A stretch of 64,000 nt of DNA from Flavobacteriaceae bacterium (GCA_965247735.1 CBDFHN010000002.1:2463005-2527004); one strand, 5' to 3'; positions 1-10,388 are shown, numbered from the stretch's first letter. Program-made: numbers and translations. Notes: generated from the letters alone by a model not told the origin.

Positions 1-173
1 CCAATATAAGGATACCGTTCCCCAACCGATAAGTTGGCATCTCCAATAATTGGAAAGCGTTAATGGGTTTTTATTCTCCTTTTCGTTTAGCATAGCACAA
101 AGCAACAGAAAAGAAGTTACAATATAAACAAAAAGTACACAAACGTGGCTTTTAGCTCATGAGCGTGATTTTT

Positions 174-3100
174 TTAAAATGTTTCTAAATATGCTCCTGG
201 AATTCCCAAAAAAGAAAGGCCAGTTATAACAACTTGAGCTTTTTTAATTTTTTTTGAAATTGGAAATTCTACTGTAGCATTTCCATTTTTATCTGTTATA
301 ATTGATCCATTCCAAAATAAACCTGTATTGTTATTCTTGTCATTTTCAATATTATATTTAGGGGAGTAGAATTCTTTTTCCTTAGAAAATCCGTTGCTAG
401 TAAAATCGTGTGATGTGTTAATTTTCGACTTCGAATATGATCCTCTTTTAGTATAAATGGCAATAACACCTGAGGAGCCACTAAAGCCAAAAACAGCTCC
501 CTTCGCACCCTTTAACACCTCTACTCTTTCAATATTTTGCACATCTAAAGAAAAAATAGCTTTTGGAATTTTACTCGGTTTAATCATGGCCATCAATGTT
601 GGTGATACGATTCCTCCAAGATCTCCAGTTCCCTTAGCAAAAGGTTCTTTTGCTATGGGCATTCCATCAATAACCCATAAAGGGTTTCCTGACCCTCGCA
701 CTCTAACTCTTGCTACAGGAAAGTTTCCCGTTACGTTGATACCACTAAGTTTATTGATAACCTGTAATAAATCTATATCTGTATTTTTTACGTAAACCAT
801 GTCATCTGGCTCAACACCGTAAACAGAAGAAGAACTTTTTTTCCTTTTTATGTCCTTTTTCACAACCACTTCTTCAAGTATTATCTCTTTGGCTTCATCT
901 CTTTTTACCAAATCAAGCTTAGTATACTCCTGACTATCATTGTTCTTAGAAACATTTATTTCTTGCTTTGAAATCATTGTTGAGACATTGATTTCTTGCT
1001 TTGAAGTCATTGTTGGTAGTTGAGGAACTAAGTTTATTGATGTCTTGGGATCTAAAGAGACATGGACTTTTATAAGTTTCTTGTTTTCTTTATAGGCACT
1101 AAAAGAAAGATCTATTGGCCCAATATAATCCAAATTATCAAATTTAAAATGACCATTTACATCCGTTTTAGTCGTGTGCATCTTAATCTCATTCTCAGAT
1201 TTAACTATTAAGTGCAAAGAAGTGTTTGTCAAAAGAGCACCTTTCTTGCCTCGGGCAAATCCAGAAATTTTAAACCCTTGCGCAAAGGAAAGTTTTTTGT
1301 TACTTTCATGATTTTTGTGTTGCTGCCATTTAAAACGTCTCCAACCATGAGTCAGCATGATTAAATCTAGATTGTATTTTGTAGAACGTTTTTGATCTTT
1401 AAAAAATTGGTTGGGATTTTGCACATGCCCTTTAATATCCGATTCTAACAAAAAATAAGTTAGAATATTAGACATATTATCATTCTTTTCGTATTTGGAA
1501 GAATTGTTTATAGACATAGATAAGTTAGCGGAAACTGGTGTTCCATCGGGACAACTTACATGTATTTTTACTGTTGCTTTTCCTTTTTTCTTGAAGGTAT
1601 TAGCATCTATGGAGGTATTAATAACCAGTTCTTTTTGATTGTTGATAAATACTATCCGCTCACACCAAGGCTTCATGTTTTTATCGAAAAGTGTAAAAGT
1701 CATCACGCCGCTAGGAAATCTGTTTTTTGGAACTTCAAGATCAACAAAAGAGCTTCCATTAAAAGAATACTTTCCCTGGAAACATTTCTGATTTCTTATG
1801 GAACCAATTAAAAAAAATGGAGCATCATTTAAATTTTTACTAGCCTGAATTCTTATACGCATAAAGTCTGAAAAGATATTGTTAATTCGTACATTATATC
1901 CAGAAGCCAGTATTTCTGGAAGAGGGTATTCAGAATCATCATTCAGTATGGCCTTATATTTTGTACCAGCTTTGGGCGTTAAACTAAAAGAACCAATTCC
2001 TCTATTATTGGATTTAAATAGCGTAACGTCATTTCCTTGATTATCAATAATTTTGCCTTGAATCGCTTTACCTAATCCGTCGTTTCCTATAGCTTTAAAT
2101 GCTATAATACCAATTAATCCAGCGACAGAATTTCCTCCTTCTGGGAAAAACTGTAAATCAACATTGTTAGTCATTATTTTTATTGGCTTAACCTCAAGAT
2201 TCTGATGATTAACTTTTATCGTTTTTTTGAAAACAAAATCAGGGTCGTATCTCTCCATCCAATCTGTATAAGCTCTTAATTGGTAGTAATCCGACGGAAT
2301 GTCTTTAGGGATTGTTATATGTCCATTACTGGTTCCATCATAGAGTTTTTGTTTTTGATAGAAGATAATTTTGTTATTTCTATCTACGATAGTTACATGT
2401 AAAACCTTACTTGCAGCTGAATAATAATGTAATGGCCCTAATACGGTAAATGCACTATACCAAAGATCATTACCCGCATTAATGATATCCTTATCTGTAT
2501 GTAGATATACTTTTTCTATAGGATTATGTTTATTGTAATTATTTAAACTATTGTCTAATTCTTTAATGAATAGATCTTCAGAAATATTAGATTGAGTAAA
2601 TTCTATTTTATTTTTTCCGTTTAAAAAAATAGATTCAAAAGCATTTTTCTTTTCAAAAGCTTCAATAATCTCGTTTTCTACAGGATCTCGTTTTACTATT
2701 GGATTGTTTTCCCAGAACTGCTTATTATAACCGATTTTATCTAAATTCCCCCAATCACTTTTATTTCTTTTAAACTGTCCTCCCAGTTTCTTTCCAGAAC
2801 TAGGAATGTAATGCTCAAAGAAAGTAAGGTTTGAAGTAGAAGATACATGTGTGTAAAATATATCGTTTTTATAGTAATCGAATTTTTGATCAACTTTTAT
2901 ATAGTCTAGAATTGAATTTTGTAAACTATCTTTTTTAAATACTATTTCGTAAGATAGTTGATATTTTTTTTTAGTCGATTCTTTTTCTGAGAGCCTTAGT
3001 ATTTTATCTTTATCATGAGAAATGAAACCGGTAATTTTTAAAACCTCATTAGTGCTTGTGTTTACATATGCTTCACCCTCAAATATTGGTGTTTTTATTT

Positions 3101-4127
3101 TTTTCTTAGGGATGAATTTAAGAATGGCAACTTTGTCTTTCTCCAAGTGTATCATATTATCAATCGTAACATTATAATACCTATCAAGATTGGGGTGAAG
3201 TGGAAATATTATATCATGTGTTGGGGGTTGGAATGATTTTAATATTTGAGTAAATTTTGTAAAATTTTTATTGTTGACTTTCTCCTCATTTATAGCGTAT
3301 CTCCCTTCTTGTATGTCCCATTTCAAAATCCCACTATTGTTGTACTGAATGTCAAATATAATTTCGGAAAACTCACTATAATCATCATTGTTTTTGGTTT
3401 TTTGACGATAAAAAGCTCTTCCATATTTTTTCTTAGCGCTCGTTTCGGAGCTAATTTTTCTGTATGCCCTTTTAGCAAGTTTGGTGGCATATTTGTCATT
3501 TTCGTCTGATGACACTAACACAATCTCTTCCAGAACATTAACTACAGGAATTAGTTCAACAACCAATGCCTCTTTTGTATCTAAAATCGAAATCGTTTGT
3601 TTCTGATAATTTATATGAGAAAATGTTATTTCGGTTGGAAGAGAATCCGTTCTCACTTCGAATTCGCCAATTTCATTTGTAGATGTTCCAATATGTGAAT
3701 TTGTCACAGTAATATTACAATAAGGAATTGTTTCTCCTGATGTTTTATCAATTACTTTTCCTTGGATTTTCTGTAATTGTATTTTTTTATTTCGTTTTAT
3801 TACTACAAGACTCTTAATAACCTTATAACTTATTATCTTTTTATTAAAGACCTTGGACAAAACTAAATCAATCGATTGATTTTCAACCTTTAGGGTGACA
3901 AGCCGTTTTAGGTTAATCGTATTGTTTTCATAAAAAAAATTGAAATGACTTTGTAGCTCTATTTTTCGAAGAACCTCTTCTAATGGATCATTGGTGACAT
4001 TTAAGCTTATCCTGATTTTTTCTTTGGTGACAGAATATGCTTTTGTACTTATGGAAAAAAATACTAACACGGCAATGAATAGCCTTAAAAATGAAAAGAT
4101 CCTTTTTGTACGAGGTAATAATGACAT
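174..4127 (-). CDS. Signal-peptide protein with an N-terminal STN (secretin/TonB N-terminal) domain and a carboxypeptidase-regulatory-like domain, ~900 aa of unassigned sequence, and a TonB-dependent-receptor Plug-like domain at the extreme C-terminus. Atypical TonB-linked outer-membrane protein.
   Basis: Hydrophobic N-terminal leader. An STN-like block (ISLNVTNDPLEEVLRKIELQSHFNFFYENN...) followed by IQGKVIDKTSGETIPYCNITV (CarbopepD_reg-like). The last ~130 aa (DLLQVINKLSGINVTG...RVRGSGNPLWVIDGMPI...IERVEVLKGAKGAVFG..GVIAIYTKRG) match Plug-domain hallmarks. It lies immediately downstream of FecR and ECF sigma genes. Confidence 0.6.
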   Translation of the reverse strand: MSLLPRTKRIFSFLRLFIAVLVFFSISTKAYSVTKEKIRISLNVTNDPLEEVLRKIELQSHFNFFYENNTINLKRLVTLKVENQSIDLVLSKVFNKKIISYKVIKSLVVIKRNKKIQLQKIQGKVIDKTSGETIPYCNITVTNSHIGTSTNEIGEFEVRTDSLPTEITFSHINYQKQTISILDTKEALVVELIPVVNVLEEIVLVSSDENDKYATKLAKRAYRKISSETSAKKKYGRAFYRQKTKNNDDYSEFSEIIFDIQYNNSGILKWDIQEGRYAINEEKVNNKNFTKFTQILKSFQPPTHDIIFPLHPNLDRYYNVTIDNMIHLEKDKVAILKFIPKKKIKTPIFEGEAYVNTSTNEVLKITGFISHDKDKILRLSEKESTKKKYQLSYEIVFKKDSLQNSILDYIKVDQKFDYYKNDIFYTHVSSTSNLTFFEHYIPSSGKKLGGQFKRNKSDWGNLDKIGYNKQFWENNPIVKRDPVENEIIEAFEKKNAFESIFLNGKNKIEFTQSNISEDLFIKELDNSLNNYNKHNPIEKVYLHTDKDIINAGNDLWYSAFTVLGPLHYYSAASKVLHVTIVDRNNKIIFYQKQKLYDGTSNGHITIPKDIPSDYYQLRAYTDWMERYDPDFVFKKTIKVNHQNLEVKPIKIMTNNVDLQFFPEGGNSVAGLIGIIAFKAIGNDGLGKAIQGKIIDNQGNDVTLFKSNNRGIGSFSLTPKAGTKYKAILNDDSEYPLPEILASGYNVRINNIFSDFMRIRIQASKNLNDAPFFLIGSIRNQKCFQGKYSFNGSSFVDLEVPKNRFPSGVMTFTLFDKNMKPWCERIVFINNQKELVINTSIDANTFKKKGKATVKIHVSCPDGTPVSANLSMSINNSSKYEKNDNMSNILTYFLLESDIKGHVQNPNQFFKDQKRSTKYNLDLIMLTHGWRRFKWQQHKNHESNKKLSFAQGFKISGFARGKKGALLTNTSLHLIVKSENEIKMHTTKTDVNGHFKFDNLDYIGPIDLSFSAYKENKKLIKVHVSLDPKTSINLVPQLPTMTSKQEINVSTMISKQEINVSKNNDSQEYTKLDLVKRDEAKEIILEEVVVKKDIKRKKSSSSVYGVEPDDMVYVKNTDIDLLQVINKLSGINVTGNFPVARVRVRGSGNPLWVIDGMPIAKEPFAKGTGDLGGIVSPTLMAMIKPSKIPKAIFSLDVQNIERVEVLKGAKGAVFGFSGSSGVIAIYTKRGSYSKSKINTSHDFTSNGFSKEKEFYSPKYNIENDKNNNTGLFWNGSIITDKNGNATVEFPISKKIKKAQVVITGLSFLGIPGAYLETF

Positions 4128-4148
4128 AATTTTATTGAGGTTTAAAAA

Positions 4149-5288
4149 TTAATCCGACGACTTAGTAATGATTATAGAATTGTTGCTTATATTATAATTA
4201 AAATGTGATAGTTCCTTAAATACTTCTAAAGCTTCATCAATGGTCTCTGTAGTAAAGGTTCCAGTATATCTTCTTTTCTTTAGAGATGAAGAATTAATCT
4301 TAATAGTGATATCATAATACCGCTCCATTTCTTTTAGAATGTCTTCAAAACGGTCATTTTTAAAGAACAATTGTCTTTTTTTCCATGCTATATGTTTATC
4401 AATTGAAACTTTTTGAATGCTTTGTTTTTCTTTTGTGAAAACAAGCTGCTGATTAGGTTTTATAATTATGATTTTTTTTGGTTCATGACCTACCAAAACT
4501 TTGTTTACACTTACACTACCTTCTTCTAGTAATACAGAAGAGTTATCGTCATTTTGATAACTAGAAACATTAAACTTAGTTCCCAAAACTCTAATATCCA
4601 GGTCTTTTGTATGTACTATAAATGGCTGTTTTTCATTTTTTGCAACATTAAAATAAGCTTCACCACTCAGGTAGATATTTCTTGTCGTATCAAGATTAGA
4701 GCTGGTGTTAAAATATTTTAAGCTACTTCCTGAGTTAATAGTCACAATTGTACCATCATCAAGTATTACATTAAACAATTCGCCATTTGGAACATTCAAA
4801 GTATGATAATTTGATTTTCTGGGAATGCTATTTTTAAGATATAATAAGGTGTCGTTTTTTACATAAGCAATAATCCTTCCTTGGTTATCTTTTAATTCTA
4901 ATGCACTATTTTTTTTGATTTCATAGCTAGTCCCGTCATCTAGTTGTATAGATATCATTTTCTTTGGAGCTACAGTGTCAACATTTAAAATTGAATGGAA
5001 ACCAAAGAATAGCCCAAATGCCATCAAAATTACAGCGGCATACCTAAAGATTGATTTAAAAGTTTTTAGTGGAATAATGCGAGATCCACTTAATACATTC
5101 TGGATGTTATTATGGGCAGAGACAAGATCAATATCGTTCCTCTTGTAAACAGCATCTATCTTTTGGTTAGTTTTGACTATTGATTTGAATACTTCTTGAT
5201 TTTTTTTAGATTTTAACCACACCTTTAATGAAAGCTGCTCTTCTTCAGAAATAGAGTTGGTTAAATATTTGATAATTAAATGTTCCAA
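4149..5288 (-). CDS. FecR-family anti-sigma factor / transmembrane sensor
   Basis: 379 aa. Single transmembrane segment near residue 80-100 and a FecR-like periplasmic domain. Positioned between an ECF sigma gene and a TonB-linked outer-membrane protein gene. Confidence 0.8.
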   Translation of the reverse strand: MEHLIIKYLTNSISEEEQLSLKVWLKSKKNQEVFKSIVKTNQKIDAVYKRNDIDLVSAHNNIQNVLSGSRIIPLKTFKSIFRYAAVILMAFGLFFGFHSILNVDTVAPKKMISIQLDDGTSYEIKKNSALELKDNQGRIIAYVKNDTLLYLKNSIPRKSNYHTLNVPNGELFNVILDDGTIVTINSGSSLKYFNTSSNLDTTRNIYLSGEAYFNVAKNEKQPFIVHTKDLDIRVLGTKFNVSSYQNDDNSSVLLEEGSVSVNKVLVGHEPKKIIIIKPNQQLVFTKEKQSIQKVSIDKHIAWKKRQLFFKNDRFEDILKEMERYYDITIKINSSSLKKRRYTGTFTTETIDEALEVFKELSHFNYNISNNSIIITKSSD

Positions 5289-5398
5289 ATTACTTATTCT
5301 TTTATAGATGACGTTAAAATAAATGATAACCCCTAAGTTTTTTTAATTTTTTTTATATTTACACATAAAATTTATTTGTTTAACTCATTTTCTATATT

Positions 5399-5923
5399 TT
5401 GGACAGCGAAGAACTTTATAATAAAATATTAGAAGATGACACTAGGCATTTAAAACAATTATTTGATCTATACTATAATGACTTGTGTATCTATATCTTT
5501 CAGTTTACTAAGGATATGGCGGATGCAGAAGATATTGTTCAAAGTATATTTGTTAAATTATGGACTAGGAAGCATAGATTAAAAATCAAAACTTCTATTA
5601 AGGCTTATCTTTTCCGTTCGGCCTATAATCATTATATAGATCAATTAAGAAAGGAAAAACGAAAGAATTTGTTTTTACAAGAGTTACAGTATCAAGGCTT
5701 GCTTGCACAAATAGAAGAAGAAGAATCGGATCAAGAAGAAGAATTAAACCAACTCGAAAAATTTATTAACGAGCTTCCTCAAAAGTGTAAAGAGATACTT
5801 TTATTGAGTAAAAAAGAAGGATTGGCAAACAAAGAGATAGCCAGATGTCTAAACATTTCGGTAAAAACTGTGGAGTCTCAAATAAGCATTGCATTTCGAA
5901 AGATTAGAAAAAAATTTGAGTAG
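5399..5923 (+). CDS. RNA polymerase ECF-type sigma-70 factor
   Basis: 174 aa. Sigma-70 region 2 (DIVQSIFVKLW) and a C-terminal region 4 helix-turn-helix (ANKEIARCLNISVKTVESQISIAFRKIR). Divergent from the FecR gene. Confidence 0.85.
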   Translation: MDSEELYNKILEDDTRHLKQLFDLYYNDLCIYIFQFTKDMADAEDIVQSIFVKLWTRKHRLKIKTSIKAYLFRSAYNHYIDQLRKEKRKNLFLQELQYQGLLAQIEEEESDQEEELNQLEKFINELPQKCKEILLLSKKEGLANKEIARCLNISVKTVESQISIAFRKIRKKFE

Positions 5924-6025
5924 CCAAAATTATCATTAAAATTGTATAGAGTGGTGGAGAATAAATAACACTTGAACTAAATGCTCGGTTTGATAATATT
6001 TAGCCAGGCGCTTCTAATAAAACGC

Positions 6026-6061
6026 AAAAACCCTTTCCAAGCTAATGAAAAGGGTTTTTAT
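6026..6061. terminator. Bidirectional rho-independent terminator between the convergent sigma and rpmA genes
   Basis: aaaaaccctttc...gaaaagggttttt is a GC-containing stem flanked by an A-run and a T-run. Confidence 0.5.
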
Positions 6062-6080
6062 ATTTTAAAGAAAATATTTC

Positions 6081-6341
6081 TTAAGCCTCAAAAGGCTCTA
6101 TAGAAACATAAGATTTGTTATCTCTTTTCTTTTGAAACTTTACAATACCATCTACTCTGGCATGCAATGTATGATCTTTTCCTAAGTAAACATTGTTACC
6201 AGGATTGTGTTTTGTACCACGCTGTCTTACAATAATGTTTCCAGCGATAGCAGCTTGTCCACCAAATATCTTAACACCTAAACGTTTCGATTCTGATTCT
6301 CTACCGTTCTTGGAACTACCAACACCTTTCTTGTGAGCCAT
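6081..6341 (-). CDS. rpmA: 50S ribosomal protein L27
   Basis: [24 protein letters not shown]...[10 protein letters not shown] is canonical L27. Confidence 0.95.
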   Translation of the reverse strand: MAHKKGVGSSKNGRESESKRLGVKIFGGQAAIAGNIIVRQRGTKHNPGNNVYLGKDHTLHARVDGIVKFQKKRDNKSYVSIEPFEA

Positions 6342-6391
6342 TTTATTTCGGTTTTATTTTATTATTAATATTTTTATAAATTAAAGGTCGA

Positions 6392-7075
6392 TTACTCGAT
6401 ACCTCCTTTAACGTTATCTTGCCATTCTTTTAGCTCATCCCATTTACCATCAGCAGCCATTTTAGCTTGCTTTGGCCATGAACCTGGGTTTTTAGAAGCA
6501 TATCTAGAACCAGCACCTTCTAAAATTTCTTTTAGCTTATCTACTTTAGTTCCTGCTAAATCAGCGAAAGTAACGATACCATTTTCAGCAAATATCTCTG
6601 CTATTTTTGGCCCAATACCTTCTACTTTTTTAAGATCATCTGCTTTAGTTGCTTTTTTAGGAGCCGCTTTTTTAGCAGTTTCTTTCTTTGGAGCAGCTTT
6701 TTCAGCTACTTTAGTTTCCTTCTTTGGAGCTGCTGCTTTTTTAGGAGCTGCTTTCTTTCCACCAGAAGCACTAATACTTTCAATTATGATTTCCGTTAAA
6801 GATTGACGGTGACCATTTTTTACACTATAGCCTTTACGTCTTTTCTTTTTGAAAACAATAACTTTATCACCCTTAAGGTGCTTTACGACTTTTGCCTCAA
6901 CAGAAGCTCCGTCTATAGCCGGGGCGCCGATAGTAACGTCACCTGAATTATCTAACATAAGAACGTTGTCGAAAGTAACTTTCTTTCCTTCTTCTGTAGC
7001 TAAACGGTGTACGAATACTTTCTGGTCTTTCGCAACTTTAAATTGCTGCCCTGCTATCTCTACAATTGCATACAT
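6392..7075 (-). CDS. rplU: 50S ribosomal protein L21 with a long Lys/Ala/Pro-rich C-terminal extension
   Basis: MYAIVEIAGQQFKVAKDQKVFV... is canonical L21. It is followed by repeated AAPKK/ETKK motifs and a ~50-aa C-terminal tail. The start is set at the internal ATG (7075) matching the L21 N-terminus. The track ORF extends to 7165 with no homology. Confidence 0.9.
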   Translation of the reverse strand: MYAIVEIAGQQFKVAKDQKVFVHRLATEEGKKVTFDNVLMLDNSGDVTIGAPAIDGASVEAKVVKHLKGDKVIVFKKKRRKGYSVKNGHRQSLTEIIIESISASGGKKAAPKKAAAPKKETKVAEKAAPKKETAKKAAPKKATKADDLKKVEGIGPKIAEIFAENGIVTFADLAGTKVDKLKEILEGAGSRYASKNPGSWPKQAKMAADGKWDELKEWQDNVKGGIE

Positions 7076-7191
7076 ACTGTATTCTTTATAATTATTATAT
7101 TGAAAAATGCACCCTTCAAAAAAGAAATGCGGGTGCAAATATAGTGCTAAATCATTAAAATACAAATGTTTTATGGCATATAAAGCTCTTT

Positions 7192-7635
7192 TTATGCTAG
7201 ATTCCTAGAACGTTTAAACTTTTGCATAAAGGTAAGTGATAATATTACTGAAGAGGACACGCCTTCTACCAAAAGAATAAACAGCAATATACCAGGTCCT
7301 TGATTATAGCCTTTCATCCATGTAGCCATTAGTTTTTCTGTAAACGCAGTATCTAAATGAAACATATAAATAGCCATAAATAACACAAAAATACCAGTAG
7401 CAAGTAGTCCTGTAGAGATCCCTGTTTTAAATCCAGAAAAATACTCAAAACTATCGCCCTCTATATCTTTTTTCTTTTTAATCACAGCATAAATACCGAA
7501 GGCAATAATGATAACGTTAAAAAGTCGTAGCCATGGATTATCGTGCCAGCCTAAAAACTTAACTAGCATAAAAAAAGAACTCATTGCTATTCCTATAAAC
7601 GCTCCATATTTAATATATAAACCTTTAGAATCCAT
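7192..7635 (-). CDS. Small multi-pass membrane protein (DUF4199-like)
   Basis: 147 aa with 3-4 predicted hydrophobic helices. Typical of Bacteroidetes DUF4199 proteins. Weak assignment. Confidence 0.45.
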   Translation of the reverse strand: MDSKGLYIKYGAFIGIAMSSFFMLVKFLGWHDNPWLRLFNVIIIAFGIYAVIKKKKDIEGDSFEYFSGFKTGISTGLLATGIFVLFMAIYMFHLDTAFTEKLMATWMKGYNQGPGILLFILLVEGVSSSVILSLTFMQKFKRSRNLA

Positions 7636-7691
7636 AACTTAACTGATTACTATTCAGTAGTAAGATACAAAAAAACTAAGCCTTTTAATAA

Positions 7692-8579
7692 CTACTCTAA
7701 CTTTTTTATTTGCTTTTTATTTACAAGAAAAACACCTAGAACAATAATTATTCCGCCAATTAACTGTGTCCTTCCCAATTTTTCACCATCAAGAAGCCCC
7801 CAGGCAATTGCTACCAATGGAATAAGATAATTTACAGATGCTGCAAATATTGGACTTGAAATTACTATTAGCTCATTAAAAACAACTTTAGAAATAGCAT
7901 TACCGAACAATGCAAAAAGACCCAAATAAATCAGACTTTGTTGCATTTCTAGATCTTGTAAAATATTATCAAAAAAACCAGAAAAATAAACTAGAATAAG
8001 TGCAGGGATCAGTATAGTTATAAAACTAGCAGTAATAACAGTTAATGAATCAATATGACTCAAATATTTTTTTACAATATTAATATTAAGCGCATAAGCT
8101 AGAGATGAAGCCAGTACGAAAATTCCATAATAATAGTTTTGATCTACACCATAACTATCAGAATAAAATAACAATAGCCCACCAAACATACCAATAAGTA
8201 CCCCGAAAATCTGAACTCTACTAATAAAAACGCCAAACAATACTACTCCAATTAGAACCGTATTTAATGGTGTTGATGAATTTATAATGGACGATACCGA
8301 ACTATTAATTCCTTGTTGGGCTAGCCCTAAAAACACTGGAGGTAAAAAAGAACTTAAAAAACCTATAATGGCTATCCAACACCACTCTCTCTTCTTTAAA
8401 TATTTACATTTTTTAATGCCAAAAGGCAGCAATAAAAAAGTAGTCATAATTATGCACAAACCTCCTATTTGATACGCCGAAAGTCCAAGCAGTGCTCTTT
8501 TAATGAGTATAAAAGTACTTCCCCAAATTACAGACACTATAATAAGGTAAATCCATTTCTTTTTATTCGTATCCATCAA
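7692..8579 (-). CDS. EamA/DMT-family transporter (10-TM drug/metabolite exporter)
   Basis: 295 aa. Two EamA-like halves. N-terminus KKKWIYLIIVSVIWGSTFILIKRAL. Confidence 0.75.
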   Translation of the reverse strand: MMDTNKKKWIYLIIVSVIWGSTFILIKRALLGLSAYQIGGLCIIMTTFLLLPFGIKKCKYLKKREWCWIAIIGFLSSFLPPVFLGLAQQGINSSVSSIINSSTPLNTVLIGVVLFGVFISRVQIFGVLIGMFGGLLLFYSDSYGVDQNYYYGIFVLASSLAYALNINIVKKYLSHIDSLTVITASFITILIPALILVYFSGFFDNILQDLEMQQSLIYLGLFALFGNAISKVVFNELIVISSPIFAASVNYLIPLVAIAWGLLDGEKLGRTQLIGGIIIVLGVFLVNKKQIKKLE

Positions 8580-8682
8580 TTTATAGCTTAAGGAGCAGTT
8601 AGATTAAGATCTAAACTTACGAATAAAAATTCAATTATATTTTATTTAAGAGTGTTTATAGCTAATAATACAGTTCGTATTA

Positions 8683-9594
8683 TTATTTTTTTAATGATTT
8701 AGAACTATTCTTCTTATTCACCAAATACACCCCGATCAATATTATTAATCCACCAATTAATTGATACAAATTTAATTGTTCACCATCTAAAACTCCCCAT
8801 AGCACGGCAACTAGTGGAATAACATAGGTAACAGAGGCTGAAAATACTGGACTAGAAATATGAATTAACTCATTAAATAATACTTTTGAAACTGCTGTAC
8901 CAAATAAAGACAATACGGAAAGATAAATTAGCGCCACATGCATCTCAGGAGACTCCCAAACAGTTTCAAAAAAACCTGTATAATACACTAATACAATAGC
9001 AGGAACTACAATTACGATAAAATTACCTGTAGTAATTGCTAATGCACTGATATGCCCTAAACGTTTTTTTATAATATTAATATTAAAGGCATAACCTAAT
9101 GATGATGCCAGCACAAAAAATGCATAATAATAGTTTTGATCTGGATTAAATTCTGCTCCCGCATAAATAAGCACAAAAGTTCCCAATAGTCCTATAATTA
9201 CTCCAATAATCTGTTTTTTCTTTATTACAAGCCCAAACAATAACACACCTACTAAAGTAGTGTTTAATGGTGTTAAAGAATTAAAAATAGATGTAACAGC
9301 GCTATCAATTTCTGTTTGTGCGAGTGCAAATAAAATAGGAGGAAAAAAAGAACTCAAAAAACCAGTTATAGCAATCCATTTCCATTCGCTTTTTTTAATT
9401 ACTGCGCAACTTTTTAAGCCCACTGGAAGCAAAAACAATGTTGTCATTAAAATTCGTAATCCTCCAACCTGAAATGCTGTTAAACCTACCAGTGATCTTT
9501 TTATAAGAATAAAAGAACTTCCCCATATAAGAGAAAGCACCACTAAATATATCCATTTTTTCTTTTGATTACTCATCCTACAAAAATCTAACAA
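8683..9594 (-). CDS. EamA/DMT-family transporter, tandem paralog of 7692..8579
   Basis: 303 aa. Aligns along its whole length with the neighbouring ORF (KKKWIYLVVLSLIWGSSFILIKRSL / ...DQNYYY...). Confidence 0.75.
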   Translation of the reverse strand: MLDFCRMSNQKKKWIYLVVLSLIWGSSFILIKRSLVGLTAFQVGGLRILMTTLFLLPVGLKSCAVIKKSEWKWIAITGFLSSFFPPILFALAQTEIDSAVTSIFNSLTPLNTTLVGVLLFGLVIKKKQIIGVIIGLLGTFVLIYAGAEFNPDQNYYYAFFVLASSLGYAFNINIIKKRLGHISALAITTGNFIVIVVPAIVLVYYTGFFETVWESPEMHVALIYLSVLSLFGTAVSKVLFNELIHISSPVFSASVTYVIPLVAVLWGVLDGEQLNLYQLIGGLIILIGVYLVNKKNSSKSLKK

Positions 9595-9728
9595 TATTTT
9601 AAATAAAATAACATCATTAAGGTTAAGTTTATCTATGCTTCTATAAACAAAATTTATTATAAAAAAAGGATATCATTGCAGCTATTATTAAACAAAGCTG
9701 TTTTATCTTTGTATAAAATTTACCTCCT

Positions 9729-10097
9729 TTGAAAATAGTACAAACATGGTTTTTTGTCTCTTTGTATCTTCTTGCAATGGCAAAACCTGTGCTACCACTT
9801 TTTCAATATTTAATAGATAAGGATTATATTGCAGAATTCCTTTGTGTCAACAAAGATAAACCTGAACTTAATTGTGATGGTAAGTGCTACCTTGCTAAAA
9901 TGCTTCAGAAAAAGAAAGAGGATAAAAAAAACAATCTTCCGAGCATTAACCTTCAAGATTATCCATTAGCATTAGTAGCTACTGATTCTTTTGAAAAAAC
10001 AACGATAACAAATACAGCAAATAAACGCAATAACTTCTACTCTAACTTATATAGATTAGACTTTGAGTTTGCTATTTTTCATCCACCTACCATTTAG
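9729..10097 (+). CDS. Hypothetical small secreted protein with 4 Cys
   Basis: 122 aa. N-terminal hydrophobic leader and a CVNKDKPELNCDGKCY motif. No recognisable family. Confidence 0.3.
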   Translation: MKIVQTWFFVSLYLLAMAKPVLPLFQYLIDKDYIAEFLCVNKDKPELNCDGKCYLAKMLQKKKEDKKNNLPSINLQDYPLALVATDSFEKTTITNTANKRNNFYSNLYRLDFEFAIFHPPTI

Positions 10098-10388
10098 TCT
10101 TCACATATAGACTAGTTACTAAAACTTATTTTAAACAACACTGTTGTTCTTCATTTTTATCAACTAAATCTGAAGAATATAACAGCACGTATCATCTAGC
10201 CTATATCTCCTGCTTTTATAAAGCAAATAACATGCTATCAATGACCCAGTTAAAGTACTAGGTTATATTCAAAACTAAGTAATATCATAACGATAAAGCT
10301 ACACTAGTAGTTGACTAAAAAAACCAGATCTATATCTCGTTTTTTTTAGACGTAACGCTCTTGTGGCATATAATAACTACATATTAAA

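Noticed and set aside
457-795. 112-aa plus-strand ORF
   Set aside because: Lies entirely antisense within the plug-domain region of the 1317-aa gene. No start context, and its composition mirrors the sense strand. Spurious.
7076-7165. 30-codon N-terminal extension of the rplU track ORF (MYFNDLALYLHPHFFFEGCIFQYNNYKEYS)
   Set aside because: No similarity to L21. The canonical L21 N-terminus MYAIVEIAG starts at the internal ATG, so the extension is an ORF-finder artefact.
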